The translations under genes and the position numbers were made by a program. Positions 43,944-57,704 of a DNA stretch of 64,000 nt are shown piece by piece. A model generated the notes under the pieces. The model ran no database searches. It was not told where the DNA came from and was given only the letters and a program-made list of their open reading frames with translations. Within the stretch, counting starts at the first letter, position 1; each line of letters opens with the position of its first letter. Source of the stretch: Monocercomonoides exilis PA203 (Eukaryota; Protista; Preaxostyla); assembly GCA_001643675.2 (NCBI GenBank), contig LSRY02000038.1, forward strand, positions 434,001 through 498,000, given 5' to 3'.

Positions 43944-46900
43944 TCAGTGAAGCTCATTTATTCTTTTTTCCATTTCTCTTTTCTGAAATGGAAGAATAAA
44001 ACTCGGACTTGTTAAACCATTAAAATGGAACTTCAAATTCATCTGTCTGTATCCTCCTGGATTCCTTGGGTTTTCTGTATTATCAGAAACATATGGATTT
44101 GAAACCAATATTTCTGGATTGATTGGGAACAATCCAGTCGACCTGAATGCGTTCTCCTTGTGCAGCAGTGATGTTGCCGTATTTTCTGAATCAATTGCAC
44201 ACTCAACGATTAATTTTCTTCTGTCAGCGGTTTTCATTTTTTGTCTGTCATTGTGCTCATCCACCCATTTAATTTTTCTACTCCTAATCAGCTTTCTGAA
44301 TGCGTTTCGAAGAGGACAAGCAATTCCAACATCAAAAGGTTGCATTATGTGAGTCAAATTACCAGGCAGAGTGAAAACGAAAATATGATGCTGTTCAAAC
44401 ATAATCAACACTGAAGGGCAAAGGCGAGATGGATGACTATCAAGAATGAAAAAAACAGGAGAATTGAGTGGAATAACTCCAAGCGACCTGCAAATTGTGT
44501 CCATGAGCAGAAATGAACAGCATAACAATGGAAAGCATTTCTGTCCATTCATCCAGATGCATTTACGTGGATTATTCAAGAACATGGTTTTCTTGTAATC
44601 CAATAATTCAGAAGGAACTGTTTTCAAGGCAAAAAAATGATAAATGGCGGAGGAGCTATGCAAGATGGTCCAATGGTGGTCATTATTGATATATGATTAT
44701 TTGAGTTATCTTCTGTGAAAGCATGTGCTCTTTTGGCTTCGGTTGGCACGATTAATTTATGGGAAGAGCAAAAATCATCATTCCATTCGTCTGCGAAAGA
44801 TATATTAAATTTGTTTTCAGATGGCTTGAAATCTTTGTTGAACATTAAATTGAACCACGCTCTGATGTTTGACGCGAATGCTGAGTTCAATTTGACTGGG
44901 GTTCTTTCAGAATAAGAGAAAACTTCATAATTGAACTTTAAAATGAATCCGGACACATATGCTTGAGAATGTGGATCAAGTTGTTAATCAAAATGCTTGA
45001 TAACAGGACTAAGTCCAAAGTGAAGAGACATCTTGAATGATTTCAGATTTTGCCTTTGTATTTCCGAATAAGTAATTTCTCTTAATTCTTGAGTTGTTAT
45101 TCCATCATGTTGTTGATATTTTTCATGAACAATATTCAGCACCTTTTCCTCACCCTCGAAGTTAAGTAAACATGGCTTTGTGTGAATTTCCTTGGCATAG
45201 GTTCAAACGCGTTCCTTTTGCAATTTGCGTTTTTAAACACTCAAATTATAACGAATTAATAGATAATAATTATTCAAAAACTTTTTATGGACCGATTTTT
45301 CGAAAAAAATTTTTCTTGTTGAAAAAAATGACTTTTGAAAAATGACCCATAAAAACATGAATTTCAATAAAATTTATTCAAATTTAAAAGAAAACGTGAT
45401 TTTCACACATCCAATGTGCTTTTATAATAATATAAATTTATTTTATTAATTAATTTTCATCAAAAAAAATATAAATCATAAATAAAAAATTTAATTAAAT
45501 ATCTTTGATCTAACCCACAATAAAATTTTTAATATCTGGAAAATTTGAATATGCTGTTTAAGTTAAAATAGAACCTAAAAGTATGTTGTTCGTTCACTTT
45601 TATATGTTAATATAAGTATATTATTATATGCTAACTTGTATAATGTTGAAAACAGATTTAATTATCAGTGACACAAACACATGCATTTTCACTTCCATGT
45701 TGTTAAGCTGAAAGATTAAAATTTCAAAATTGGTTGCAATGGAACGCAAAAGGTATTATATGATTCATAATATCAAATAAATATTCATTTTCTTTTTTCC
45801 TTTCAAATATTTTCTTTTCCTTTGATATGTTAATGTATTTTTTTATTAGACTCGATCATAGCATGCTTAAATAAATCAATGTTGCAAAATTAAACATTAC
45901 TTACACAAAATGGCTCAATATTGAGAAATAAAAACATATACTAAATAAAAGTTTGGTTTTTTTTACCATAAAGAAAAGAATTGTTTGAATTTGATTTATT
46001 TTACTCTAACAGTGAATTAGATGTTGTAATATGCGGAAGTGAAGAAGAACCATGCCAAATGATGTGTAAATGGATGGAAAATATGAAAATGGGAAATGAA
46101 ATGAGAATAATTCAGATTGATAAACCAAATCAATCTAATTTTTCATTTTTTTTTTAAAGACATAAAAATGACAAACTTTTATTTAGTATATGTTTTTATT
46201 TCTCAATATTGAGCCATTTTGTGTAAGTAATGTTTAATTTTGCAACATTGATTTATTTAAGCATGCTATGATCGAGTCTAATAAAAAAATACATTAACAT
46301 ATCAAAGGAAAAGAAAATATTTGAAAGGAAAAAAGAAAATGAATATTTATTTGATATTATGAATCATATAATACCTTTTGCGTTCCATTGCAACCAATTT
46401 TGAAATTTTAATCTTTCAGCTTAACAACATGGAAGTGAAAATGCATGTGTTTGTGTCACTGATAATTAAATCTGTTTTCAACATTATACAAGTTAGCATA
46501 TAATAATATACTTATATTAACATATAAAAGTGAACGAACAACATACTTTTAGGTTCTATTTTAACTTAAACAGCATATTCAAATTTTCCAGATATTAAAA
46601 ATTTTATTGTGGGTTAGATCAAAGATATTTAATTAAATTTTTTATTTATGATTTATATTTTTTTTGATGAAAATTAATTAATAAAATAAATTTATATTAT
46701 TATAAAAGCACATTGGATGTGTGAAAATCACGTTTTCTTTTAAATTTGAATAAATTTTATTGAAATTCATGTTTTTATGGGTCATTTTTCAAAAGTCATT
46801 TTTTTCAACAAGAAAAATTTTTTTCGAAAAATCGGTCCATAAAAAGTTTTTGAATAATTATTATCTATTAATTCGTTATAATTTGAGTGTTTAAAAACGC

Positions 46901-47100
46901 AAATTGCAAAAGGAACGCGTTTGAACCTATGCCATTTCCTTTTCGTTCCAAGTTTGTCCGGCACAATAATATCCAACATCGCTAGGAAAATTTTGGATCG
47001 TAATGTGAACGCTTCTGACGAAAAACAAATCTTCAATAGAAAAGCATCAAAAGCAACAATAACTTTGTCGTTTTATGAATTAGCGTTTTGAACTTCAAAT
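43944..47100 (-). pseudogene. pogo/Fot1-like (DDE_1, DD35D) transposase, frameshifted and interrupted by the long-TIR element
   Basis: SFADE, ISIMTTIGPS..PPPFIIF and FILDSHPSR..TLPGNLTHIMQPFDVG (35 residues between the Ds). An HTH-like segment KPCLLNFEGEEKVL lies near 45180, and the reading frame appears to continue beyond 46941. The 5' limit is approximate. Confidence 0.82.
45194..46933. mobile_element. 1,740-bp non-coding element with 762-bp inverted arms and an 8-bp TSD
   Basis: Arms 45194-45955 and 46172-46933 are reverse complements (no mismatch in spot checks), separated by a 216-bp spacer. Termini GGCATAGG..CCTATGCC. TSD ATTTCCTT at 45186-45193 and 46934-46941. Confidence 0.93.
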
Positions 47101-48804
47101 GTGAGTTTTTCGTCTCGAAATTTATGCTCTCGTGATATTTTTTCAATCTTTGTATCTTTTTAATAAAAAAATAATGAACAATCAGAAGCTGATATATGAC
47201 CAAAATAGACCACTTAGGATTAAAAAAATGTTTTGGTAAAAAACCCTCCATCCATTTCAAACATGAAACACATATCTATTTGTGATTCTTTTTTATTGGC
47301 ATGTTATGAAAAAAATTTTACCTACTGAAGTTTATTTTTTTCTTTTCATTTTAGTTTTACATGTTGAATTTCGAATCTTTGACAACAATATTTGTCAGTT
47401 CATAACAAACTTCTTATTATAACATTAAAATTTCGGAACGAATAATTAAACATTTCATTTTTTAATCAAAAATGATATTTCTAATCAATGAATTAAAGAA
47501 AGTTATTTATTCTTTGGCAATCTTTCAGATACAGAATCATTATATCTTATAGGTTTGTTTGATTTTTCATTTGGGTAATTATTTTTGACTCCATGTTTTT
47601 TATATCAAAATTTTCTGTTGTGTAATTCACTAACAATACAGAAAAATAAACACAGAAAATTTATATTTCCTTTCAAAGATAATTTTTTCGCATGTTCACA
47701 TTAACAAATATTATCATTTCAAACAGTTGTCATTATTATTATAATTATTATAATAATAATAATTATTATTATTATTTTGAATGAATTATTCCTCTCTAAA
47801 AAAAAAAAAAAACTTTTAAATATAAGTACCCCGAATAAAGTCATGATTTCAAAAATGATTCACCACATCTTTTTCTTAATATGAACAGAAACATTTGCAA
47901 ACAAAACAGTTGCGATGTATTAAGCATTCGTAATAAAATTGTCTTGAAAATGACAAACAACCTTTGATAAAGCAACACAACAAAAAATGAGTGAAATTTT
48001 AAATAATCACCCAAAAACATATAAATATAATCATATATTCCAAACAATTCGTATTTACCATAAATCAGATATTTTCCACGGGAAAAATATGCATGGTCTT
48101 TTCATTATAGAAAATGCAACACACAAAAGTTAAAGTTAGCAGAAGAATATCCAGAATAAAAGAGTTTGATTATCATTTGAAATCAAATGTTTTATATTAC
48201 AATTCATTGTAATACTTTTCCTTTTTGCATTAAAAAAATACAGTTGATGTGAAGCCATAATTAGTCAAACTGAAAAACATATTTCAATTTGAACTTTAGC
48301 GATTATCAAAGATACGAAAATTGAGGTTTTGCATGCAGAAAATCAATGAAACTTTCGATGTGTGAGTCAGATGAAGATAAATGAAAAATGAAACTACCAT
48401 AGATCGCTTATGCTTAACGTAATATGGGTCTTGGGAGATGTGTTCTTCTTCTAATGATGTTTGAAAATTCCAATTTCCTGAATTTTTTTTTGTCTGACTC
48501 ATTCATATCAAATTGTGAAAATTCATTGTTGTCTTCACAATAAATTTGAAAACGGTTGCGAATCCTCAAATAATATCAAACATTACAGATTCGTTGGATT
48601 TATTTGTTAAAGTTTGAGGGTCATCGACAGAATAACGAGTAATGTGATTCATTTTTGTTTAAATCTTTCTTAAGCTTCAGAACAAATAAATGTGAGCAAT
48701 GACGAAGCATCCAATCACACATATTGCAAAACAATCTTATTTCCTTGTTTGGCCTCGAAACAATAACTCACACAATAGATATGTGCAAAAAGGGTTATGC
48801 AAAT

Positions 48805-49072
48805 GGGAAAAAATATTTTGCTTCAAGCATTTTCATTGATAAATTATGCACTTATCATTGACTTTTTAAGACGAAAAAACTCAATAAAAATGGAACCATT
48901 TTTTGACATTCGTGAAATGTTGGATAACTTTATGTTTATTTTTCTACGATGCCTGTTCACGGATATGAAAATTAGATTTATTTCGAAATCTGAAAAAGGG
49001 AAATAAAGTTATGAGTGAAGCAATTTTTCAATTCTTTGTGCATAAAAAGCTTGAAAGACCATATTTTCACCC
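48805..49072 (+). mobile_element. 268-bp MITE family (Sola-like), copy 2
   Basis: AAAT|GGGAAAAAATAT...ATATTTTCACCC|AAAT, a non-palindromic 4-bp TSD. Confidence 0.85.
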
Positions 49073-49279
49073 AAATGGAATAATTTTCAAAAGCGATAAT
49101 CAACTTTGAAGAAAAGGGAGCATGTGAATTGAGGAAATGACTATCTGACTTATTTAACAGTTTCTGATACGAGTAAAACATTTAATTTTGTAAAAATTTC
49201 AATAAGCGCTGAAACAGTATTATCAAAACTTATCTTCTCTTTTCCTTCTTCCCTTCCTCTTTATTTCGCCATAATATCA

Positions 49280-49600
49280 ATATTTTGCACATGTGTGATT
49301 ATTTTTGAAATCATAACTTTTTTGGGGTGTTTAATTTATCTTTTTCTTTTGAAAATTGATAGAAAATTATCATTTTCATATTTTTTGAATTGAAATTGTG
49401 ACAAAATCAAACGTTTTAGTTCAAAAAAAGATTAAAATATCTTTTGCATTCTTTTTCCATTTTCTGTGTTTTTTTGTTGATATTCAAGAGAAATTTTCAA
49501 ACCGAATTTTTAGTATGAAAAAATATGTATCCAAAAATAATCACCCACATCGAAAATATCTTTTCTCCAAATTAAAGAAATATATGTCGTCGTTATAAAA
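49280..49600 (+). repeat. Dispersed repeat, homologous to 62740-63040 (inverted) and in part to 59350-59420
   Basis: Shared TGAAAAAAT..CCAAAAATAATCACCCA and AAAAAAGTTATGATTTC.AA segments. Boundaries are approximate. Confidence 0.55.
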
Positions 49601-51179
49601 TGCAACACACTTTTGAAAATGAGTTTCCAAAAATATTATCACACTCTTCACCAGCTCAACCAGCGAGCCAGTCACAGCCATTGTCACATTTTTTGTCTGA
49701 AACTCACATGTCCGCTCTCGTAAATCAGCAATTATATTATGTTATCTGCACGTATGGTTGGCAATTATTCTTTGATGAAATTTTAAATTTTTTCTACATT
49801 TTCTTCATATTTTTCCACCTAATCATCTTAGACTAATACGTAACAACGTTATTCTTCACATCCGCATGTGAAGAAACTACTCAAGTTCTTTTCTTATCAC
49901 ATTCTCGTTTTTCTCCTTTTAATTATTCTCCTATATTTATTGTTCTGCTTCATCTTGTTCTCCTTTCCATTCATCTCGTCCATCATTTTCATTCTGTCGA
50001 TCTTCACATATTTCCTATTCTTCGAATGCTTCTTCCTCTTTTTTGATCGCTAATACTATTGCGATTTTTCGAATTTTCAAAGCAACAAATAAAACAGCAA
50101 AAGTCAGTCAGTTTTGCTTTATCAACAAATTCGCTTGTGTCACATATCCTTTTCTCTCTTTCACAGCCATTCAAACAATTCCAATATCTGTTATGAAGTT
50201 ATTTGAACACAAAAACAAATACATTTAATAATGCTGATAATAAAACACCTGAAAAGTTAGACATTTTGATCGAATTTTGATTCTTTTCATTTCTTAAACG
50301 AGGATTTTTTCGAAAAGATAATAAGATAGAAACGCAAATATGAGTTCATGAATAGCAGAAGTTTGGAAATAAAGAAAAAGCAAGAGAGAAAGAAAAAGTG
50401 AAAGAAAGAGAAAAAAAAAGGAAAAGCAACAGGAGATAAAGAAAAAGAAGATGGAAAAGATTCGGAACAGGAAGAGGAAACATCAATGAAGATAAAAAAA
50501 AATTAAAACAGAAAAGTTAACAAGCGACAAAGATATTCAGAAAACATTGAGAGATGCACAAAGCTGTGGAGAAGACAGAACACAAGGCAAACAGGATATG
50601 TTGGAAGTTATAACAACGCTTAGAACAGTTTCACGGAACAGAAGCGAGATTTGAGTGAAAAAAGAAAGAAATACAACACATATTCTCCTTCTCGTTAACT
50701 TCCATCACAAATATTGCTTTCGGTTCCCTCTTTCAGATGTTCTTCTTTTTATTTGCTCATTGATATTAACGCTTCTCAAGAACTCTTTTTTGAAATGAAA
50801 TTAATCAGCAAAAATATTGATTGATGGTTTTAGAGAAAATCAAAAAAATAAACCGTTGATTTGTTGTAATTTTTTAAATAAAAATAGAATGTGTTGTGAA
50901 ATGAAAAACCTTTTGTTAAAAGGCTAAATAGTTTAAAGAACATTTAAAGCCTCTAAAGATAATGAATTCCTTATGTCACCAGAGATCCTTTTCATCCTTG
51001 AAAAGATACGTTACCAGCTTGCTTTGCTGCATGGAGACGATACAAATGAAAAACATAAGTTTGAGGAAATTGAATGTTCACTTCCTTTCTTTGCGATCAA
51101 TATAGAGAACTTTTGTGTGCTGTATCCAAATATGAAACTCGATATTTCTTTCAAATAATCGAAAAACAGCTTGAAACAT

Positions 51180-53528
51180 TAATCCTTGATCTCTTTTGAT
51201 TGATTTGACAAAATTGTCACAACGAATCTGTCAACACTTTGTCCAACTCGTGGGCCCAAACAAGAAGATTTGGAACACATCACATCAAAACAAACTTCTT
51301 TCTCATTTTCTGTTTTAAGCTGGGAAATTGAACTAATCCTCCAGTTTAAAAACAGCACCTCCACTTCATCTGCAACACATTCTATTTCATCGGTTCCGTC
51401 TTACGTTGCATCTTCAAGTGAGTTATGAAAATTATCTTTGAAAACAAGATTTTGAGAAGATGTCAAACATACAAAAAAAATACTATCAAAAGAAGAATTG
51501 GAGGAGGAAGTGGGAGAATGAATTGAAGAAGACTCATTCATCGTTTTATCTTTTTTCTTATCACTTTGTTTGAAGGATCCAGTCATAATAAATTTGTCAT
51601 CTTCTGAATAATCTTCTGCCAATCAAAAGCCAAACAAGTCCTCTTCACTAGATTCAATTTCGCTTTCGTCGTTTTTGCCTTCCTTTTTAGAAGCTTCAAT
51701 GTTTTCAAATTCTGAACGATAGAAATTTGACACTTTGATGATTATGCTGTGAATTTCTTCTTTAATTTCAATTGATTGATAACCTTCATCTTCCTTGATG
51801 CTATTTCTTATCATATTTGTCATAGGAACACAATTGTCCTTTATTTTATGTAGTTCACATGACACATCGTTCAATGCATCAAAAAGACAATCATTTGTTA
51901 AAGAATAACAAACTGATTGATGTGGTTGTTCTGTTAGAATTTGAGATGAAGGATTAGAAGCGCAAATGATAGGTGAACGTGTGAATGATGAATATTCCGA
52001 AGCTGAAGAGGATTGTTGAAATGAGATTAATTGCTTTGGCTCTGAATACAACGCTGTGCTAGAAATAGATTTTTCTGCTTCAAAAAAAGAAATTGAAAAT
52101 TTATTTCGAATGAAATTTTGAAGTCCTGTTGGAGACAACACATACGATAACGATTTTAACACCTGTTTTTCCTGTTAACATGTATTTATGAAATAGGAGT
52201 ATAAAATTTGTCGAAACATTTTTCCATTTTGTGTTTTTCATGAAAGAAAGATTTTTGATTTCATGCAACAAATCGAAAACATTCAGCACATTTGGAAAGA
52301 CATTTCCCATTTTTGTTTTTTCATTCTCCATTTCTAAATGAAACTTTTGAAATGGAAAAAGAAGAAGTTCTGTCATCATATTGTTTCAAATTTGATCGAG
52401 TTGAATTTGTTTTTCATAAAATATCTTTTCTCTGTTTTTTCTAATTAAGATTCAAATAGAATACAAGCACAGTTATCTCGTTTGAATAAATGTCGGACAT
52501 TTTCGTTTCAAGGATTTTTTCACAGAAGTAGTGCTGGCATTTTTGGAAAATTCAATAATAATTGTTTTCTGGTTCTTCAGAAAAGGAATTTCAGAAAACG
52601 CGTTTTCAACAACCAAATACAGCAAATGATTCATACAGTTAATGAAAAATGAAGCAGCCTTTAAATTTACAATAACAAACTTTTCATTATTTTCCATTGG
52701 AATTGAAATACTAACAAATGCTTTCTTTTAAGGACTCAATCCATCCAAACAAAAACAGCGAGCACGCGCATTAATCAGTGACATTTCACGATTTACTGTC
52801 CAAGCTTGTTTTCTGTACTGCTTTACATTATTGCAGATCGGATATGCTTTCCAAAACACTGAGGATGCATTTGGAGCCAATTGAGCTATCGTGATAACTA
52901 TGCACTTCTGATTTCCAACAATACATGAATCCAACGAAACACACACACCCGTTCCCCTAAGTGATGCGTCACGCTTCAATTTTGCAATTTCAATAGCCTC
53001 AATAACCATTCTTCGTATTGTCTTTCTTGCAAGGAACTGGAAAATTTTGGACAGAGACATTCCTGGTTTCATTTGAGATAAACGAATTTAGGATCTTACG
53101 AAATTATTAAATTTTTTTGAAGACGCTGATAAGAAAGATATGTTGCAATGGCTTATTATTTTCGTAAACAAAGTCTGTTAATTGGTGGATATGCTCTGAC
53201 TCAGTGTTCTTTCTTTTCTCTCCATCATGCGATCGATTTTTTGTGGAGCTTTCTGCCCTCTGAAAGAAAAAATAATGCGATTTTCTAAACTGTGACAATG
53301 ATGATTTCTTATTGCAACGTAACTGCTACGACCACTTGTTCCACATATTTCATTTCCCCGAACATTTGGGCATAAATATTGTTTATGATATTCTTTTGTT
53401 GGAGAGCCATCAATGTTTGAAGGAAAAAATGATATCCATATTTGATTATTGATGACCTCAAAAGATATTCTTGTTAAATATTCATTGTTTTTCTTTGCGT
53501 GCTTGTGAACTTTTTTTTCAATAATCAA
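51180..53528 (-). pseudogene. Decayed hAT-like transposase
   Basis: N-terminal YLCP..IC..NHHCH (BED-like Zn finger), VCVSLDS (first D), CFCLDG (second D), INCMNHLLYLVV (CxxH motif) and CPTFIQTR* (TRW motif broken); fragmented over several ORFs. Confidence 0.7.
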
Positions 53529-53629
53529 AGCTTAAAAATATTAAAAATTTTATATCATCTAACTTTCTCCTCTTTAAAATTATTCCACTTGCTCCAGCTT
53601 TTGAAAACAACATTCGTGATTGATCAATT

Positions 53630-53898
53630 GGAGGAAAATACGGACTTTCAAGCTTTTTATGCACAAAGTTTGAAAAAATTGTTTCACTTATATCATTTTT
53701 AAACTAAAATAGATATCAAAATAAATTTGATTTTCATATCCGTAAACAGGTATCGTTGAAATCAAAACATAAAGTTTTCCAACATTTCATGAATGTCAAT
53801 AAATGGATCAATTTTTGTTGTGTTCTTTGATCTCAAAAAGTCAATGAAAAGAGCATATTTTTTTAAATGAAATGACTTGAAGCAAAATCTTTTGAATC
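53630..53898 (-). mobile_element. 268-bp MITE family, copy 3 (one end decayed)
   Basis: AATT|GGAGGAAAATACGGACTTTCAAGC...; reverse-orientation homologue of copy 1. Confidence 0.75.
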
Positions 53899-54269
53899 AT
53901 ATGTCAAAATTTTTTTGAAAAATTCCTTTTATTTTATTTTCAAATCGATCAAAAATTTTATATTTTGATAAAATTTCTGTTTCCACTCACGAATCTTCTA
54001 TGGAAAGTGTGAAGTTGCATTATCCAGAAATAGATTCCATATTAGAGGGTTTTGTTGAATGTTAACATTTATTTGAGCAAAATATTTTTTATCTTTTTTG
54101 TTTGAAAATTAAACAATAGCGACTTTTCAAAAAGAATTACCCATATGAAAATTATTACTTAAAGAAAAGTTGACCCTGAAAAAAAATGAGCACGCTTCAA
54201 TTTTTTTATAGAAATGTTTTAAATATGTTCCATTTTTTTACAAATCATATGTCATAACATCAGCAAGTT

Positions 54270-55400
54270 TGAATTTAAAAAAAATAAGCTTTCCACAATT
54301 TAAGAAAATATTTGCAAGCGAAAAAGAAACATTGGAATGGATGTTGACAACCGGACAAATGGATTCTTTTACAAAATACACCAGTGATTGTTCCAATGTT
54401 TGTGAATTGAAAGTGGAAGAAACTCCCAGTCGATGAAAGTGTTAACATTGTGAGAAACAATGATCCATGCGAAAAAACACGTTTTTTGAGGATTTCAAAT
54501 TGAAAACAAATCATTTTTTGTTGATTCCGTTAAGTTTCTGGCTCCATTAGGAAGTTAATCAAACATCTTTGATGTGTGAAATCGATATGCATATTGTCAA
54601 ATTTTGTTATTCAGCAATAAGAAGGAAATTATTAACTATCTTAACACGAAATCAGCAACAAATTGGAGGAATTAGTGGGGTTGTTGATATTGACGAATCA
54701 TTTTGGCGCAGAAGAAAATATAATCGAGGTTCAATGATGAATTGAATAATTTTTTGTTAATATTTTTTCCATATAATAGGGAAACAAAAAAAGTTGATTT
54801 GACTGTTTTGTGCGATTGAAAGAAAATAACTGATAGAAAACACAAAAAGGTTCAATATTTTGTTAAAACAGAGCAAAATATGTTTTCGTCCCACTCATTC
54901 GTTTTATAATAAAACCTTTAATGACAATTGCATTGAATAACTGAAGCACCTTCAAAAAATAGAACCAACTCATCAAATTTGTTTGACTATCAACCATTCT
55001 CAAGGTTTTATTGATGAAGACAGAGAAACAGCAAATTAAATAGCAGGAGCATGGGAACACATTTTCGGTTCAATGCCAAAAACAGGAGCTTTTTATTGAA
55101 ACTTGGAGGAAATCAAATAAATATTAATTATTTTTATGCATTGTGAATTTATATTTGACAGACTATTAAGCAACTTTTATAAATACAGAGAATCAGAATA
55201 TTTGGTAGAGTTTGAAAAATATACAAACCCCGAAGAATCAAAAGATGAGACAGTATCAATGGATTCTGACACCGACGAAAGCACAATAATTATGCAGTTT
55301 GATACACAAAGTGTTAGCAATAGTGAAAATTCAACAGAAAAAACAGAAACATTTGAATAAATCTCCAACATAATCTTTAAAACATTTCGCAAATATTTTC
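54270..55400 (+). pseudogene. Decayed Merlin/IS1595-like transposase
   Basis: About 54660-54730 translates to KLGGISGVVDIDESFWRRRKYNRG (cf. KLGGPGIIIEMDEAILRKRKFRKG); acidic tail at 55200-55360; many stops. Boundaries are approximate. Confidence 0.7.
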
Positions 55401-56044
55401 GAAAATAGAACTGAACAAACAAATCTATCACCGTTTTATTTTTAATAATGGGTAAAAAACATATTTGAACCAGGATCTCCTCCATTAACCAAAATGAAAC
55501 ATATTAGTCTCAATTTTTTTTTGAAAAATTATTATTGTTGAATTTTCGAATTAAACATAAAAATTCATATTTTGATCATATTTTTTTTCCCATTTATGTA
55601 ACTTCGCAAAAATGGAAATAATAACACTTTCAAGGTTTTGTTGACATGATAGCAAAATTTGGTGGATGAGAACAGAAATTTGATCAAAATGTGAAATTTT
55701 TGTATTTTTAGAAAATCATTCAAAAGGAACTTTTGAAATAAAAATTTATACATTTACAAATTTTATTTTAATTGTATTGAACTTAAGAAGAAATTTATAA
55801 ATTTTATTTTTGAAAATCTGTTTGTTTATGTATTTTTCTTGTGAAACAAATCCGTTTATTTTTTAGAGATATAACTTCTTTTTTCTATGTGATAAATAAA
55901 TCTGACTTTTTGATATTTTCGGTAATTTGCCCTTTATGGTTGTAAAAAAAGCTTTCATTTTTTTGAGAACAATGTCAACAGCCGCTTTTAATAATATTTT
56001 TCATTGAACACTGGGGCGTCTAACAAAAAACTTTTTTTATATTT

Positions 56045-56584
56045 GGGACAAAATATTTCACTTCAGGCATTTTCATTGAAAAATTATGAACATTTCATTG
56101 AATATTTTATATCAAAAAACACAATAAAAATGGGTCCATTTTTTGACTTTCGTGGAATGTTGGCAAACTTTTTGTTTCGATTTCAACGATTCCTGTTTAC
56201 GGATATGCAAGTCAAATTTGTTTTGAAATCTGGGGGAAAATACGGACTTTCAAGCTTTTTTTGCACAAAGCATGAAAAAATTGTATTTCTTATAACATTA
56301 CTAAACTTTCTCAGATTTCAAAATAAATTTGATTTTCATATTTGAAAACATGCATCGTTGAAATCAAAACAATTTGTTTTCCAACATTTCACGAATGTCA
56401 AAAAATGGACCCATTTTTATTTTGTTTTTTGATCTCAAAAAGTCATTGAAAAGTGCATAATTCTTCAATGAAAATGCCTGAAGTCAAATATTTTGTCCCA
56501 TCTGATAAAGTTATAAAATGTTATGAGGGAAACTATTTTTTCATGCGTTGTGCATAAAAAGCTTGAAAGTTCATATTTTTCCCC
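56045..56584 (+). mobile_element. 268-bp MITE family, copy 4 (outer; interrupted by copy 5)
   Basis: ATTT|GGGACAAAATAT...ATTTTTCCCC|ATTT. The 540-bp span minus the 268-bp insert and 4-bp TSD equals 268 bp. Confidence 0.88.
56232..56499 (-). mobile_element. 268-bp MITE family, copy 5 (nested, inverted)
   Basis: ATCT|GGGGGAAAATAC...ATATTTTGTCCC|ATCT. Confidence 0.88.
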
Positions 56585-56974
56585 ATTTTTGTTATTCTTT
56601 TTGCAGAGTAACAAATGTTTCATTTCAAACTTATCAGAAAAATGACATTTTTTCAAACTATTCTTTTAATCGAATTTTCAAATAGAACCCTCAAACAAAC
56701 TGTGAAGGTAAAAATCCCAATAATCACTGATTAGCACAATGGTCATATTTGACAGATCGATTACAAGAATTCATGAAAATTACATCTTTTTAAGTTGAAC
56801 TTGAATATAATACATTTGCGATTTTTCGAAAAGAATACACCATCTATTAATTAAGAATGCAATATAAAGTATTTTTTTCATTGAAATTCTTTTTGCATAA
56901 CAATAACTTTTACTTTGCACTTAAGAATAAAAATTCTTTGGAGAGAGATAAAATTAATTCGTGAGAACGAAAGA

Positions 56975-57424
56975 CAGTCTAAACCGGATATAATCACGTC
57001 GTATATAATCACATTCGTTTATTGCCACATTTTTCGATGCACCGACATTTTTTGCTTGTTTTTCATTCATTTTTCATCGCATATAATCACAGGGATGAAA
57101 ATATATAATCACATTTAAAATAATAATGGGTGATTTTTTCAATGAAAAATCGGTTTTTTGATCAAAAATTTGAATTTTTTGATTTTTCAAAAATGTGCTC
57201 AAATAAGTCAAAATAATATGTATTTGTGACAAAATTTGTTTAGCAAGTGAAAAATGCGTTTATATGAAAAAATTTTCAAAAATTAAAAGTTTCACCCAAA
57301 TTTAATTAATTTATTAATTAATATTTATTTATTTCTGTGTTAGGAAGCATCGTATATTATCACAATCGGATATAGTCACAAAAAGTTTTGCAAAAGCCGA
57401 TGTGATTATATCCGATTTGGACTG
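56975..57424. mobile_element. Tc1/mariner-type MITE (CAGT..ACTG), copy A
   Basis: CAGTCTAAACCGGATATAATCAC...GTGATTATATCCGATTTGGACTG|TA with subterminal ATATAATCAC repeats; homologous to 58207-58634. Confidence 0.85.
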
Positions 57425-57436
57425 TATTTCTAACAT

Positions 57437-57704
57437 GTGGCTAATTATTAATGTTCAAACTTTTTCATTGAATAATCATACACTGTTAATTAACTTTTCG
57501 TGAATTGAAATTATTTTCTAAATTGGTTCATTTCATGAAATCCATGTGAAGTCACAAAACAACATGTTATAATATCAATGAAGTTTGTTTACGGATATTC
57601 AAATCAGATTTCCATTGACTTTTGAAATAATATTATAAAGTTATGATCGGTTTTAATATTTAACACGAAGTGTAAAAAAAGCTTGATAATCCATATTTCT
57701 CCCC
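57437..57704 (+). mobile_element. 268-bp MITE family, copy 6 (old, degenerate)
   Basis: GTTTACGGATAT..GCTTGA..CCATATTTCTCCCC|AATT; the left half is only weakly similar. Confidence 0.55.

Noticed and set aside
47800-50900. Scattered 60-80-aa ORFs
   Set aside because: AT-rich chance ORFs or unidentifiable TE debris; no motif support.
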